64,000 nt of DNA from contig PETN01000010.1 of NCBI GenBank assembly GCA_002781365.1, positions 13,556 to 77,555 of the forward strand, given 5' to 3'. Numbering within the stretch: position 1 is the stretch's first letter; the number at the start of each line of letters is the position of its first letter. The position numbers were made by a program, and so were the translations under genes. The stretch is from Sulfurimonas sp. CG01_land_8_20_14_3_00_36_23. Lineage in GTDB: Bacteria > Campylobacterota > Campylobacteria > Campylobacterales > Sulfurimonadaceae. Positions 42,303 through 53,271 of the stretch are shown here, piece after piece. The notes beneath the pieces are model-generated. The model worked only from the letters and a program-made list of their open reading frames with translations. It searched no databases and was not told where the DNA came from.

Positions 42303-43694
42303 ATTATTAGCAAAATATCTCTCTATCCCATCCGCTATACCTAAAGCCAATCTCTTTTGATACTGCGTACTCACTAATCTTTTTGCTTCCATTGGATGAG
42401 AGATAAACCCAACTTCAACCAAAACAGAGGGCATTTGTGCACCTACTAAAACCCAAAATGGCCCTTCTCTTACACCACCGTCAGTTATATCAGTATAACT
42501 AGAAGTCAATGATGCGAGCATGCCTCTTTGCACATCAATAGCTAATTTATTCGATGCGAGTATTTTATGATGATTCAAAAAGTTAAGAAAGCTCTGTTTT
42601 CCATATTTATTCATATCACTCATATCAGCAGAGTTCTCTTTCTCCGCGATTAATTCTGCTTTTTCTGAACGCGAAGGAGATAAAAAATAGCACTCTACTC
42701 CTTTGGCTTGTTGTGCTTTACTCTCTTCTACTGCATTTGCATGAATACTAATAAAGATATCTGCATCTTTTTTATTTGCGTGTTCAGTTCTATTGCTAAG
42801 TTTTATAAACTTATCGTTCTCTCTGCTCATATAAACTTTATATCCACGAGATTTTAAAATAGTTTTCAATCGCTTTGCAATATCTAAGACAACAATTTTT
42901 TCTCTATACTTTCTGTATCCAACAGCACCTGGGTCTTTCCCACCATGCCCTGCATCAATCATAATGGTCTTATCTCTCTTGCTTACCTTTGAAGGAGTTG
43001 CTTCGGATTTGATTGCTTCTTTTGGAATAATTGCACTCTCTGGTAGTTCTATGTTGATAATTAACTTATTATGCTCTTGCTTAAAATGAAGATTGAGTTT
43101 ATCACTATTTTCAAATACAAGCCTCAATGTATTAGGATTGAATTGTGCAAGTTTAATTCTAGAAATACCCTCTTTTCTTAAATTTTCAGACTTTGTAAGC
43201 ATGGAAGCATGAATATCAAATACATATTTGTACTTATTCTCTTTTTTATCATGAAGCGTAAAATAGTTTATCTGATTGGATGCTAACTTTTTATCAAAAA
43301 TAAGAATAAGCCTCTCATCCCTCCAACGAATGGATTCTAATTTATGAGAGGATTGTATTTGAATATCTTCATTTGTGGTATCGAAATTTTTGGAGGTAGG
43401 TGCATTAAAAGATGTATCTGGTTTCATGTTTAAGAGTTCATCTGAATACTGAGAAACGTCTATGTGAAGTTTATTTCCACTCTTTACAATTCCCTGCAAA
43501 GAACTCACTCTAAGATTTGTATCATCTGACATTATCGCACGAAGGTATAAATTTTTGTAGTCATTATATGCACGAAACTGATCACTTTTACTATTCGTTT
43601 GCATAAAGGCGTCAGCTCTTTTTAAAATCTCGCTATCACTTAAAGCATGCACAGAGAGAGCTACTAAAAAAAGTGAGAGGAGTAAGCGAATCAT
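42300..43694 (-). CDS. amiA: N-acetylmuramoyl-L-alanine amidase with AMIN domain
   Basis: IDAGHGGKDPGA, FISIHAN, PSVLVEVGFI. Confidence 0.9.
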   Translation of the reverse strand: MIRLLLSLFLVALSVHALSDSEILKRADAFMQTNSKSDQFRAYNDYKNLYLRAIMSDDTNLRVSSLQGIVKSGNKLHIDVSQYSDELLNMKPDTSFNAPTSKNFDTTNEDIQIQSSHKLESIRWRDERLILIFDKKLASNQINYFTLHDKKENKYKYVFDIHASMLTKSENLRKEGISRIKLAQFNPNTLRLVFENSDKLNLHFKQEHNKLIINIELPESAIIPKEAIKSEATPSKVSKRDKTIMIDAGHGGKDPGAVGYRKYREKIVVLDIAKRLKTILKSRGYKVYMSRENDKFIKLSNRTEHANKKDADIFISIHANAVEESKAQQAKGVECYFLSPSRSEKAELIAEKENSADMSDMNKYGKQSFLNFLNHHKILASNKLAIDVQRGMLASLTSSYTDITDGGVREGPFWVLVGAQMPSVLVEVGFISHPMEAKRLVSTQYQKRLALGIADGIERYFANN

Positions 43695-43701
43695 TATCTG
43701 A

Positions 43702-44793
43702 TTATTCGCCTTGCATTAGTTTGTTTATTAACTCTTTTACAGAAATAATTTCGTTTAATCTATAACCATTTGTACCAGAGAAAAAGAGTCCAAACTCTCT
43801 ATCTCCTTCATAAGCATCACTCAATCGATCTGCTATACAAAAGCCAACAGCTTTTGCCTCTTCACCACGATGACATGGGGCCACACAGTTAGAGATACAT
43901 TTAATCGCAGGACCTTCGCGTTCTTCAACTAACTTCGTAAGGTTTGTTCTTACACCACGGGCAGGATAACCAACTGGAGATCCCATAAGTTGAATATCTT
44001 CTTCTTTAGCTTGCAGCAATACATCTTTAAAATTATCATGTGCGTCGCACTCATGCGTACCTATGAAACGAGTTCCCATTTGAACACCTGAAGCACCAAG
44101 CGCTAACATCTCTTCTATATCTTTTTTATCCCAAACACCACCAGCTGCAATCACTGGAATATCTCCCCATAAAGCAGCCTCTTCCACAACAGGCTTTACA
44201 AGATTTTCTAACTGATTTTCAGGTAAAGCACACTGCTCATAAGTAAAACCTTGGTGCCCTCCACTCTTAGGGCCTTCGAGTATAACAGCATCAGGAAGTC
44301 TGTCATATCTTTTTTGCCATCTTTTACATATAATTTTCAAAGCTTTTGCAGAGGAGACTATAGGAATAAGTGCTACATCTGGATAATCAGCTGTAAATTC
44401 AGGCATATTTGTAGGAAGTCCTGCCCCTGTAATAATCATATCTGCACCAGCTTCACAAGCATCTGTAACCACTCTTCCATAGTCATTAATAGCGTACAAA
44501 ACATTTACAGCTAAAGGTTTATCTCCACATATCTTTCTTGCATTTTTAATAATGGCATGAAGACCCTCTTTGGAATAAAAATTTAACGCATCGAGTGGTC
44601 TATCCGCTACTAACTTTTTAGCATAACTTTTTTTCTCATAATAACCAGTTCCAACACTGCTAATAACACCAAGTCCACCTTCAAGAGAGACTGTACCAGC
44701 TAGCTTATCCCAGCTGATACCAACGCCCATTCCACCTTGAACAATAGGCTTTTCTATAATATGTTTACCAATTTTTAACGATTGAAAGCTCAT
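43702..44793 (-). CDS. fabX: Nitronate-monooxygenase-family flavoprotein, probable FabX
   Basis: PIVQGGMGVGIS, EGPKSGGHQG, GVQMGTRF, CISNCVAPC; amiA-X-tyrS-spoT-rpoZ-pyrH order as recalled for H. pylori. Confidence 0.7.
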   Translation of the reverse strand: MSFQSLKIGKHIIEKPIVQGGMGVGISWDKLAGTVSLEGGLGVISSVGTGYYEKKSYAKKLVADRPLDALNFYSKEGLHAIIKNARKICGDKPLAVNVLYAINDYGRVVTDACEAGADMIITGAGLPTNMPEFTADYPDVALIPIVSSAKALKIICKRWQKRYDRLPDAVILEGPKSGGHQGFTYEQCALPENQLENLVKPVVEEAALWGDIPVIAAGGVWDKKDIEEMLALGASGVQMGTRFIGTHECDAHDNFKDVLLQAKEEDIQLMGSPVGYPARGVRTNLTKLVEEREGPAIKCISNCVAPCHRGEEAKAVGFCIADRLSDAYEGDREFGLFFSGTNGYRLNEIISVKELINKLMQGE

Positions 44794-45992
44794 TAAATCA
44801 CCTTTAATTTTGCGAATTTTCTTTTACCGACTTGAAGTATATAATCGCCACTACCTAATTGTAATTGCTCGTCCGATATCTTTTCTTGGTTTATTTTAAC
44901 AGCACCTTGCTTAATATCTCTTCTTGCTTGTGAAGTTGAGGGAGAAATATTACATTCAACTAAGGCTTTGGCTATCCATGTTTCACCTTCAAGAGAGAAT
45001 TCATTCATCTCTGTTGGAATTTGACTTTTTGCATGTACTCTTTCAAACTCTAGTTTTGCATTATAAGCCGCTTCCTCCGAGTGAAAACGCGTCACTATTT
45101 CAGAAGCAAGACTCTCTTTTACTTTTTTAGGATGCACAGAACCATCAGCAACACCATTTTTTAAAGCTTCAATCTCATCTAAAGATTTTGTGCTTAGAAG
45201 TTCATAATATCTCCACATAAGTTCATCAGAAACACTTAACACTTTTCCAAACATCTCATTTGGCTCATCCGCAACACCAATATAATTTCCTAAGGATTTA
45301 CTCATCTTTTGAACACCATCAAGACCTTCTAAAATAGGCATCATTAAAACAGCTTGTTGTTTTTTACTATTGTAGGCTTTTTGAAGTTGTCTTCCCATAA
45401 GCAGATTAAACTTCTGATCTGTTCCACCTATCTCTATATCTGAGTTTAAATAGACACTGTCATACCCTTGAAGAAGTGGATACATAAACTCACTTGTTGC
45501 AATAGGCGTATTTGATTTAAATCTTTTAGAAAAATCATCTCTCTCCAACATTCTAGCAACTGTGAGGTGTGAAGCTAAAGTAATCATATCTGCAGCACTC
45601 ATCTTTCCTAGCCAATCATCGTTATAAACGATGTCAGTTTTACTCTCATCGAGAATTTTAAAGGCTTGTGTTGTATAACTTTTTATATTCTTTTCAATCT
45701 CTTCTTTACTTAATACTTTACGTGTTATATTTTTACCAGTTGGGTCACCGATGGTTGCAGTGAAGCTACCTATAAGAAATTGAACTCTCGCCCCATATTT
45801 TTGAAACACCGCTAATTTTTGCAAAAGCACGGTATGTCCAAGGTGTAAATCAGGTGCAGTTGGGTCGAATCCTGCTTTTACTGTATACGTTTGTCCATTT
45901 TCAAAATAAGCACCCAATAATTTTTCAACTCTTTGAGTATCTATAACCTCGGCACTGCCTCTGTTTATCTCTTTTAAAGCTTCTACTATCAT
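44793..45992 (-). CDS. tyrS: Tyrosine--tRNA ligase
   Basis: GFDPTAPDLHLGH, YPLLQGYD, GGTDQKFN, KMSKS, S4 domain. Confidence 0.97.
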   Translation of the reverse strand: MIVEALKEINRGSAEVIDTQRVEKLLGAYFENGQTYTVKAGFDPTAPDLHLGHTVLLQKLAVFQKYGARVQFLIGSFTATIGDPTGKNITRKVLSKEEIEKNIKSYTTQAFKILDESKTDIVYNDDWLGKMSAADMITLASHLTVARMLERDDFSKRFKSNTPIATSEFMYPLLQGYDSVYLNSDIEIGGTDQKFNLLMGRQLQKAYNSKKQQAVLMMPILEGLDGVQKMSKSLGNYIGVADEPNEMFGKVLSVSDELMWRYYELLSTKSLDEIEALKNGVADGSVHPKKVKESLASEIVTRFHSEEAAYNAKLEFERVHAKSQIPTEMNEFSLEGETWIAKALVECNISPSTSQARRDIKQGAVKINQEKISDEQLQLGSGDYILQVGKRKFAKLKVI

Positions 45993-46016
45993 AATTCTTT
46001 ATTCTCTTTCTTTTAG

Positions 46017-48170
46017 TTATTTTTTATACGCATCATCTTTTCGTATAAGATGGATGACTTTTATGTTGTTCTCAATCTTTGAGCGTAAGGAGTTAATATT
46101 GCCCTCTTTAGAGTTAAAACCTATCTCACAATATTTTATGTAATCACTACTTCGTTTTCCTAATTCTATAGAACCGATATCTATGTCTAATTTTACCAAA
46201 TAGGCTAAAAACTCAGCTAAAGCACCTTTTTCATTATGCAGAGAAACAATAAGATTATATTGATAAATAATCTCTTTCTCCCATCGAATGAATACCATAG
46301 GCTGATTTTCATCTAACATTTTTGCCGCACTTTTACACATTTTATGATGGACATGCACTTTGCTTTTTTCTAAAAATGCCATTATCTCATCGCCAGCTTT
46401 TGGGTGACAACAATAGTCAAATACAACATCCGTTATGTTGGATACGCTAAAGACTTCAAGTCCTGAGACAATTTTAGATTTAAGTTTAAATCTATGTCTT
46501 GATAAAAAGCCTTTAAATCTATTGTTTTTACTAATATCTTGCGTGTACATATAAATAACATTACGAAAACTCTCTATATCGTATGCGATAGTAAAACGTG
46601 TATCATAATGGTTTGTGTCAAACCACTCTTCAACTCTGGATTTATTTAAGCTCATTGCTGTAGCCACAATGTTTATGCTTGATTTAATGTTAATCTCTTT
46701 AATTCTGTTATTACAGTTTAAACGCATGTTTGTTGTAGCTCTAGATGTTTTAACAGCATCTATCCAACTACATCTTGTAATAATGTCATTTGATAGATTT
46801 ATCTTAACAATGTCGCCATTGTGAACTTCGCTAAGAAGGGATGCTTTACTTTTGTTAATCAAACACGAAGATGCTTTATTCCCGACTTCCGAATGCACTG
46901 CATATGCAAAATCAAGTGCAACTGCCCCGCGAGGAAGAGTAAAAGGATCACCTGTAGGAGAAAAAACTGATATATCCTTTGAGTATATGTCATTTTTTAC
47001 AAGTTCATAAAAATCTTCTACTGACTCATTTTGATATTGTAAGTTACTTAGCCAATCCAGCTTAATACCATTGCCACCACTCTTATATTTCCAATGCGCT
47101 GCAACACCTAACTCTGCAGTATTATGCATCTCATACGTTCTAATTTGCACTTCAAAAATAGCTGTACTATAAAAGACTGTTGTATGAATCGTCTGATAAC
47201 CATTCTCTTTTGGAACGGCTACATAGTCCTTAAACCTTGAAGAGAGTGGCTGAAAATTAAGATGTATAAGACCTAGGATAGTATAACATTTCACTGCATC
47301 TTGCGTTAAAATTCTCACTGCCAAGAGATCAAGGACTTCCTCAATTCCAACACCTTTTCTTTGCATTTTTAGGTAAATGGAGTAACGATGTTTTACGCGG
47401 CTGAGAACTTCAAAATCATCTTCACAAAAACCATTTGTTACCAAGATTCTATGGATAGATTGTTTGAACTCATTTAATTTTATTTCAAGTGCATGATAGT
47501 TACTGTCAAGATAGTTATCTATATGGTGTTTTTCTTCTTTAAAAAGGTAGGAGAAGCTTAAGTCTTCTAATATATTTTTTAAAAAAGAGATACCAAGTCT
47601 ATGTGCGATAGGAGCATATACTACAAGTGTTTCTTCAGAAATTCTTTTTTGCTTATGCTCTGGCAATGCATTTAAAGTTAGCATGTTATGAAGTCTATCG
47701 CACAGCTTAACAACTAAGACACGGACATCCTCTGTACTTGCCAATAACATTTTTCTAAAAGAGAGTGCTGAAATAACAATTCTCTCGTTAGAAGAAGAGG
47801 GAATAAGTTCAGAATCTCTTATTCTGTCTATCTTAGTTAATCCATCTACTAAATGCGCAACATCTTTGCCAAATTTAGTTTCAACATCCATACTTGTTAT
47901 TTCAGTATCTTCAACAATATCGTGAAGTAATCCTGATATTGCCATTGATTCGTCATTAGTAATTGTGGCGACGATACATGCAACTAAAATGGGATGGACA
48001 ATGTAGGGCTCACCACTTTTTCTAAACTGATTTTCATGTGCTTTTTGAGCATATTTCAGTGCTTCTTCTAAAAGTTCAGAGTGAGGAATGATGGAATAGA
48101 GATATTTTGTTGCTGAGTCAACATCATGGAGATGTTTTATTTTCTCAATATCTACTTGACTCAGTGGCAA
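46017..48170 (-). CDS. spoT: RelA/SpoT (p)ppGpp synthetase/hydrolase
   Basis: RKSGEPYIVHP, LLHDIVED, FKDY..PKENGYQ, AAHWKYK, TGS and ACT domains. Confidence 0.95.
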   Translation of the reverse strand: MPLSQVDIEKIKHLHDVDSATKYLYSIIPHSELLEEALKYAQKAHENQFRKSGEPYIVHPILVACIVATITNDESMAISGLLHDIVEDTEITSMDVETKFGKDVAHLVDGLTKIDRIRDSELIPSSSNERIVISALSFRKMLLASTEDVRVLVVKLCDRLHNMLTLNALPEHKQKRISEETLVVYAPIAHRLGISFLKNILEDLSFSYLFKEEKHHIDNYLDSNYHALEIKLNEFKQSIHRILVTNGFCEDDFEVLSRVKHRYSIYLKMQRKGVGIEEVLDLLAVRILTQDAVKCYTILGLIHLNFQPLSSRFKDYVAVPKENGYQTIHTTVFYSTAIFEVQIRTYEMHNTAELGVAAHWKYKSGGNGIKLDWLSNLQYQNESVEDFYELVKNDIYSKDISVFSPTGDPFTLPRGAVALDFAYAVHSEVGNKASSCLINKSKASLLSEVHNGDIVKINLSNDIITRCSWIDAVKTSRATTNMRLNCNNRIKEINIKSSINIVATAMSLNKSRVEEWFDTNHYDTRFTIAYDIESFRNVIYMYTQDISKNNRFKGFLSRHRFKLKSKIVSGLEVFSVSNITDVVFDYCCHPKAGDEIMAFLEKSKVHVHHKMCKSAAKMLDENQPMVFIRWEKEIIYQYNLIVSLHNEKGALAEFLAYLVKLDIDIGSIELGKRSSDYIKYCEIGFNSKEGNINSLRSKIENNIKVIHLIRKDDAYKK

Positions 48171-48176
48171 AACAGA

Positions 48177-48398
48177 CTACTTTTCTATATCTGTAAAGCC
48201 TTTAACCACGATAAGACCTTCCGCTATTTCCATCAATGCCAAATCCGCAGCTTTTATACTTTTTGGATCAATATTCAGTTTACTTGTTGCTCCGTTTAAA
48301 AGCTCATCCATTCTCTTTGCTACAGCTATAGCCAACTGATAATTATCCATACTTGGATTGTTTTTTAATATCTTTGCTGTTAATTCTTCAACTCTCAT
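48177..48398 (-). CDS. rpoZ: RNA polymerase omega subunit
   Basis: YQLAIAVAKR, ALMEIAEG; between pyrH and spoT. Confidence 0.9.
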   Translation of the reverse strand: MRVEELTAKILKNNPSMDNYQLAIAVAKRMDELLNGATSKLNIDPKSIKAADLALMEIAEGLIVVKGFTDIEK

Positions 48399-48426
48399 TT
48401 TCTTACTTCCTTATTTTATTTTAAGA

Positions 48427-49245
<819 letters not shown>

Positions 49246-49540
49246 TTAATTTTCTCATGTTCACGCTAACCCTTGTACTGTTACACTTCTTCATTACTTC
49301 AAAATTACTTCTTATATTAAACTAATATTAAATATAGACTATTAATTATTTTATTTCAGATAGGATAAAGTAATCTAGAATGATTTAACTCTTCTAAGAT
49401 AAGCTAGATTTATAACATTGTCATACTGTTATACATTTCTAGTTGTGAGTTTGACATACTTTCAGAATTTGTATTATTTATCAGAATAGATTTTACATTC
49501 ATATTATTTACGTTTAAAACGTGTCAAAAGGAAATATCAA

Positions 49541-51007
49541 ATGAAAACATTTAAACAATATTCAAATTCAGCCATCTTCTCTATGCTATTTATGCTGACA
49601 ATTTTTACAGCGGGTTGTGGAAGCAGTGGAAGTAGTACGGTAGTAACTGAAAATAATTCTACAAATAGTTCTACGCCCACAGTTATATCAACTGTTCCTA
49701 TTAATGGCGCCACAGGCATAGCCCTTAATACAAATATCACTGCCTTTTCTGATCAAGTATTTGATTCAACAACTGTTAGTGCTACTACTTTTACACTTGC
49801 ACATGGTTCAACAGCAGTTACAGGTGCTGTCACCTCTGAAGGCAACACTACAATGCTTTTCAACCCTACAACTAACCTTCTAGCTAATACGCTCTATACA
49901 GCAACAATCACGACAGCTGTTCTTGATGCAAATAGTACTACTCTTTTAGACGCTAATATGATTTGGAGTTTTACAACAGGAGCGACAGTGGACACTATTG
50001 CCCCTACTGTAACGTTAACCTATCCTGACACTAATGCTACAAATGTATCGATTGACAGAAGTGTCACTGCCCTCTTTAGTGAAGCACTTGATCCTTCCAC
50101 CGTCAGTCCAACTACTTTTACTTTGGCTACGACACTTGGTTCAACTCCTGCATCTGGCACAGTAAGTTATTCTGGCAATACTATGGTTTTAAAACCTACT
50201 GTAAATCTTGCTGCAAGTACTCAATATACTGCGACAATTACAACAAGTGTTACAGACTTAGCTGGAAATGCATTAGCAGTTGCTAAGGTTTGGACTTTTA
50301 CAACAGGGACAACCGTCGCATCAGTGTTAGCTCCAGTAAATCTTGGCACAGCAGGAAATTATGTAATCCTTGCTAAAACAGCCGTATCTACAACTGGTAC
50401 AACTGCAGTAACTGGGGATATAGGTGTTAGCCCAGCAGCTAGAACTTACGTAACAGGATTTTCTGATACGCTTTTTAGTGATGGTACCTATTCAACATCT
50501 CCTCTGGTAACAGGAAAAATATATGCATCTAATATGGCAGTGCCAACTCCATCGAACTTAACAACCTCAGTCAGCAACATGGAAACTGCATATACAGATG
50601 CTGCAGGACGTACAACACCTGATTTTACGGAACTCTATGCAGGAGATGTGAGCGGTAAAATTCTTGCTCCAGGTCTTTATAAATGGGGTACAGGGCTTTT
50701 AATAACAAATGCGGGTGTAACTATTACAGGGAGTGCAACTGACATCTGGATTTTCCAAATAGCTGGTGACCTGACTGTAAACAATGGTGCTATTGTAACC
50801 CTCGCAGGCGGTGCCTTAGCTAAAAATATTTTCTGGCAAGTTGCAGGAGGTACAGGTGTATCTCTTGGAACAACAGCGGATTTCAAAGGTATAGTATTGG
50901 CACAAAAAGGTATCGTTGTCAATACAGGGGCAAGAGTTAAGGGAAGACTCTTAGCGCAAACAGCAGTCACTCTAGATGCAAATGCGGTTACACAACCTGC
51001 TAATTAA
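49541..51007 (+). CDS. Lipoprotein with two Big_5 Ig-like domains and a C-terminal DUF3494 ice-binding domain
   Basis: TAGC lipobox; two PTV..P.NGAT...W.FTTG repeats; VNLGTAGNYVILAKT, TGDIGVSP, AYTDAAGR, PGLYKW, WIFQIAG, NIFWQVAG, GRLLAQTAVTL. Confidence 0.9.
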   Translation: MKTFKQYSNSAIFSMLFMLTIFTAGCGSSGSSTVVTENNSTNSSTPTVISTVPINGATGIALNTNITAFSDQVFDSTTVSATTFTLAHGSTAVTGAVTSEGNTTMLFNPTTNLLANTLYTATITTAVLDANSTTLLDANMIWSFTTGATVDTIAPTVTLTYPDTNATNVSIDRSVTALFSEALDPSTVSPTTFTLATTLGSTPASGTVSYSGNTMVLKPTVNLAASTQYTATITTSVTDLAGNALAVAKVWTFTTGTTVASVLAPVNLGTAGNYVILAKTAVSTTGTTAVTGDIGVSPAARTYVTGFSDTLFSDGTYSTSPLVTGKIYASNMAVPTPSNLTTSVSNMETAYTDAAGRTTPDFTELYAGDVSGKILAPGLYKWGTGLLITNAGVTITGSATDIWIFQIAGDLTVNNGAIVTLAGGALAKNIFWQVAGGTGVSLGTTADFKGIVLAQKGIVVNTGARVKGRLLAQTAVTLDANAVTQPAN

Positions 51008-51026
51008 CACCAAGACAATATATTCG

Positions 51027-51049
51027 CTCTGAAGGTTCTTTCCTTCGGA
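51027..51049. terminator. Hairpin between convergent ice-binding and diguanylate cyclase genes
   Basis: CTCTGAAGG-TTCTT-CCTTCGGAG, one G-U pair. Confidence 0.55.
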
Positions 51050-51121
51050 GTGACTCATAATCACATTCTAGTATGCAAAATTCTAAGGCATTTTTTTTCA
51101 AAAGGGGAGAAGATTATTACT

Positions 51122-52990
51122 TTACTCTTTTGCGCTATAAAAGATAATTCTATTTCTCCCAGCCTCTTTAGCCTTATACATTGCTGCATCCGCATGTTTC
51201 AGAAGAGTCTCTTCACTCTCTTCGCCTTCTTTAAAAACACACACTCCAATACTCGCGCTACAGTGATGCTCAATTTTTGAAATTTTATCACAATTGGTAT
51301 CAAAAAAATAAGTAGCAGATAAAGCAAAAAGAATTTTTTTTGCTAAAATATTTACTTCTGCACTCGACTTCTCTTTATTTTCATCTAGTTCATTTACAAT
51401 CACCACAAACTCATCACCGCCGATACGTGCCACCGTGTCCATTTCTCGCACACAATTTTTTAATCTTCTTGCTACTTCTATCAATAGTAAATCGCCCATA
51501 GAATGTCCATGAGTATCATTTAGCGGCTTAAAATTATCCAAATCAAGATAGATAATTGCAGCGTAATTTTTCCTTCGTTTAGAATCTACGATTGTTTGTC
51601 TTAGTCTATCTTGAAGAAGACGGCGATTAGGTAATTGGGTAAGTGGGTCATAAAATGCAAGTTCACGTATCTTATCTTGCATCTCTTTACGCTCAGTAAC
51701 ATCTCTACTAATACCGTGATAGCCTATAATATTTCGATTTTCATCAAGCTCCGGCTTTGATATAATTTCTCCCCATATAAGAGAACCATTTTTACATTTA
51801 TGTTGTATCTCAAGTGTTGAATAAGATTCATAAATTCCGTTTTTTTCATCTTCCTCTCGTTGGCGCATTCTTTCCATGGCTGTAGTAATGCCTTCATCTG
51901 TAAATAACTCAAAAATATGGTGCCCAATCAACTCATCCGGCTGAAAGCCTATAATTCGCTTCACCGATGGACTTATATAGGTGAAGTTAAAATGTTTATC
52001 TGTTTTCCAGATTACATCTACCATATCTTCAGTAAGATTACGGTAGTGTGCTTCACTCTCTTTGAGCTTCTTTTGCGCTTTTTTACGATAGCTTATTTCA
52101 AGTTTTAATCTATATATCCAATAACCTACAATAGAAAAAAGTATTAAAACAGCTAAAGCATATTTGATAAGTGTCTCACTTTTCAACCCTTGTTCAATAT
52201 TTAACCAAGGGTTAAAAATCATATTCGTTTCATTTTTTGGAATTGTTGCGATGGCTTTTGTTAAAATAGAGGCTAATGGTTCATTGCCTTTTGTAAATGC
52301 AAAGCTTTGATGACTTATATATTCTGTTTGACCTGAAAAACGGAGGGTGTCAAAACTGTTTGTCTTGATTGAATAATCTGCAACATTAGCATCTCCGACA
52401 TAAGCATCTACTACAGCATCAGAAACCATTTTTAAAGCTTCTTTTGTATTTTTTGCAGTCACAATTCTAATCTTAGGATAGTTATTTTTCATAAACTCTT
52501 CCATAAAATATCCTTTTTCTACGGATACTCGTTTATTTGAGAGTTGCTTTAAACTACCAATAAAAGTGCCTTTTCCATTATCAATAATAATAGTTGGTGC
52601 ATCTCTATATGGCTCACTAAAAGTGAGGTATTCAGACCGTTCAGGTGTTTTTACAATACTTGTTAGCATATCCAATTTGTTCTGTTGTGCCATATTTAGT
52701 AGTTCAATCCAAGACTTGTCTTTTATAATTTCAAACCGTAGACCAAGACTTTTTTCAAGTCTATGCATGTAATCTACCACCATGCCGATATACTCACCAT
52801 CTTGATTAGTCCACTCATAAGGTGCGTAATCAGGGTCCATGCCTACTTTTATAATCGGGTGCGCAGAAATCCAGATTTTTTCATTTTGGGTAAATTCTAG
52901 TTGTGCTGATTTATCGGTAAGTGGCTCTGCAAAGAGTAATAAAGAAAAGAATATGCAAAAGAAAAAATACAAACGTCCAAATTTATACAT
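51122..52990 (-). CDS. Diguanylate cyclase with periplasmic binding domain and PAS
   Basis: GMDPDYAPYEW (PBP), TM, PAS (YISPS..GF), YDPLTQLPNR, ARIGGDEF. Confidence 0.92.
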   Translation of the reverse strand: MYKFGRLYFFFCIFFSLLLFAEPLTDKSAQLEFTQNEKIWISAHPIIKVGMDPDYAPYEWTNQDGEYIGMVVDYMHRLEKSLGLRFEIIKDKSWIELLNMAQQNKLDMLTSIVKTPERSEYLTFSEPYRDAPTIIIDNGKGTFIGSLKQLSNKRVSVEKGYFMEEFMKNNYPKIRIVTAKNTKEALKMVSDAVVDAYVGDANVADYSIKTNSFDTLRFSGQTEYISHQSFAFTKGNEPLASILTKAIATIPKNETNMIFNPWLNIEQGLKSETLIKYALAVLILFSIVGYWIYRLKLEISYRKKAQKKLKESEAHYRNLTEDMVDVIWKTDKHFNFTYISPSVKRIIGFQPDELIGHHIFELFTDEGITTAMERMRQREEDEKNGIYESYSTLEIQHKCKNGSLIWGEIISKPELDENRNIIGYHGISRDVTERKEMQDKIRELAFYDPLTQLPNRRLLQDRLRQTIVDSKRRKNYAAIIYLDLDNFKPLNDTHGHSMGDLLLIEVARRLKNCVREMDTVARIGGDEFVVIVNELDENKEKSSAEVNILAKKILFALSATYFFDTNCDKISKIEHHCSASIGVCVFKEGEESEETLLKHADAAMYKAKEAGRNRIIFYSAKE

Positions 52991-53122
52991 GTTTTCTCCT
53001 CCTTGTCTTCTAAAAATTATACATTAGATTTCTTGCATACCTATAAAACAACTTAAAACCTCCATCAACGTTCACTCCAATACATATAAGTTTAAATCTC
53101 AAACTAAGCCTTTATTCTCTCT

Positions 53123-53184
53123 TGCTATACTTTTAAGATGTATTCTTGAAAGCATGATTTTAAAACTCATCGTTTTAAAATCAT
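53123..53184 (+). promoter_or_regulatory. Extended -10 followed by a 13-bp inverted repeat
   Basis: TGCTATACT 53123-53131; ATGATTTTAAAAC-TCATC-GTTTTAAAATCAT 53154-53184. Confidence 0.5.
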
Positions 53185-53271
53185 TATTTCTCAACACCAT
53201 TTTCGCTCTCATATTTCTGGAATAGTCTTCAAAAACTCCACTATTTCTTTCCTTTGGCTATAATTCCATCA

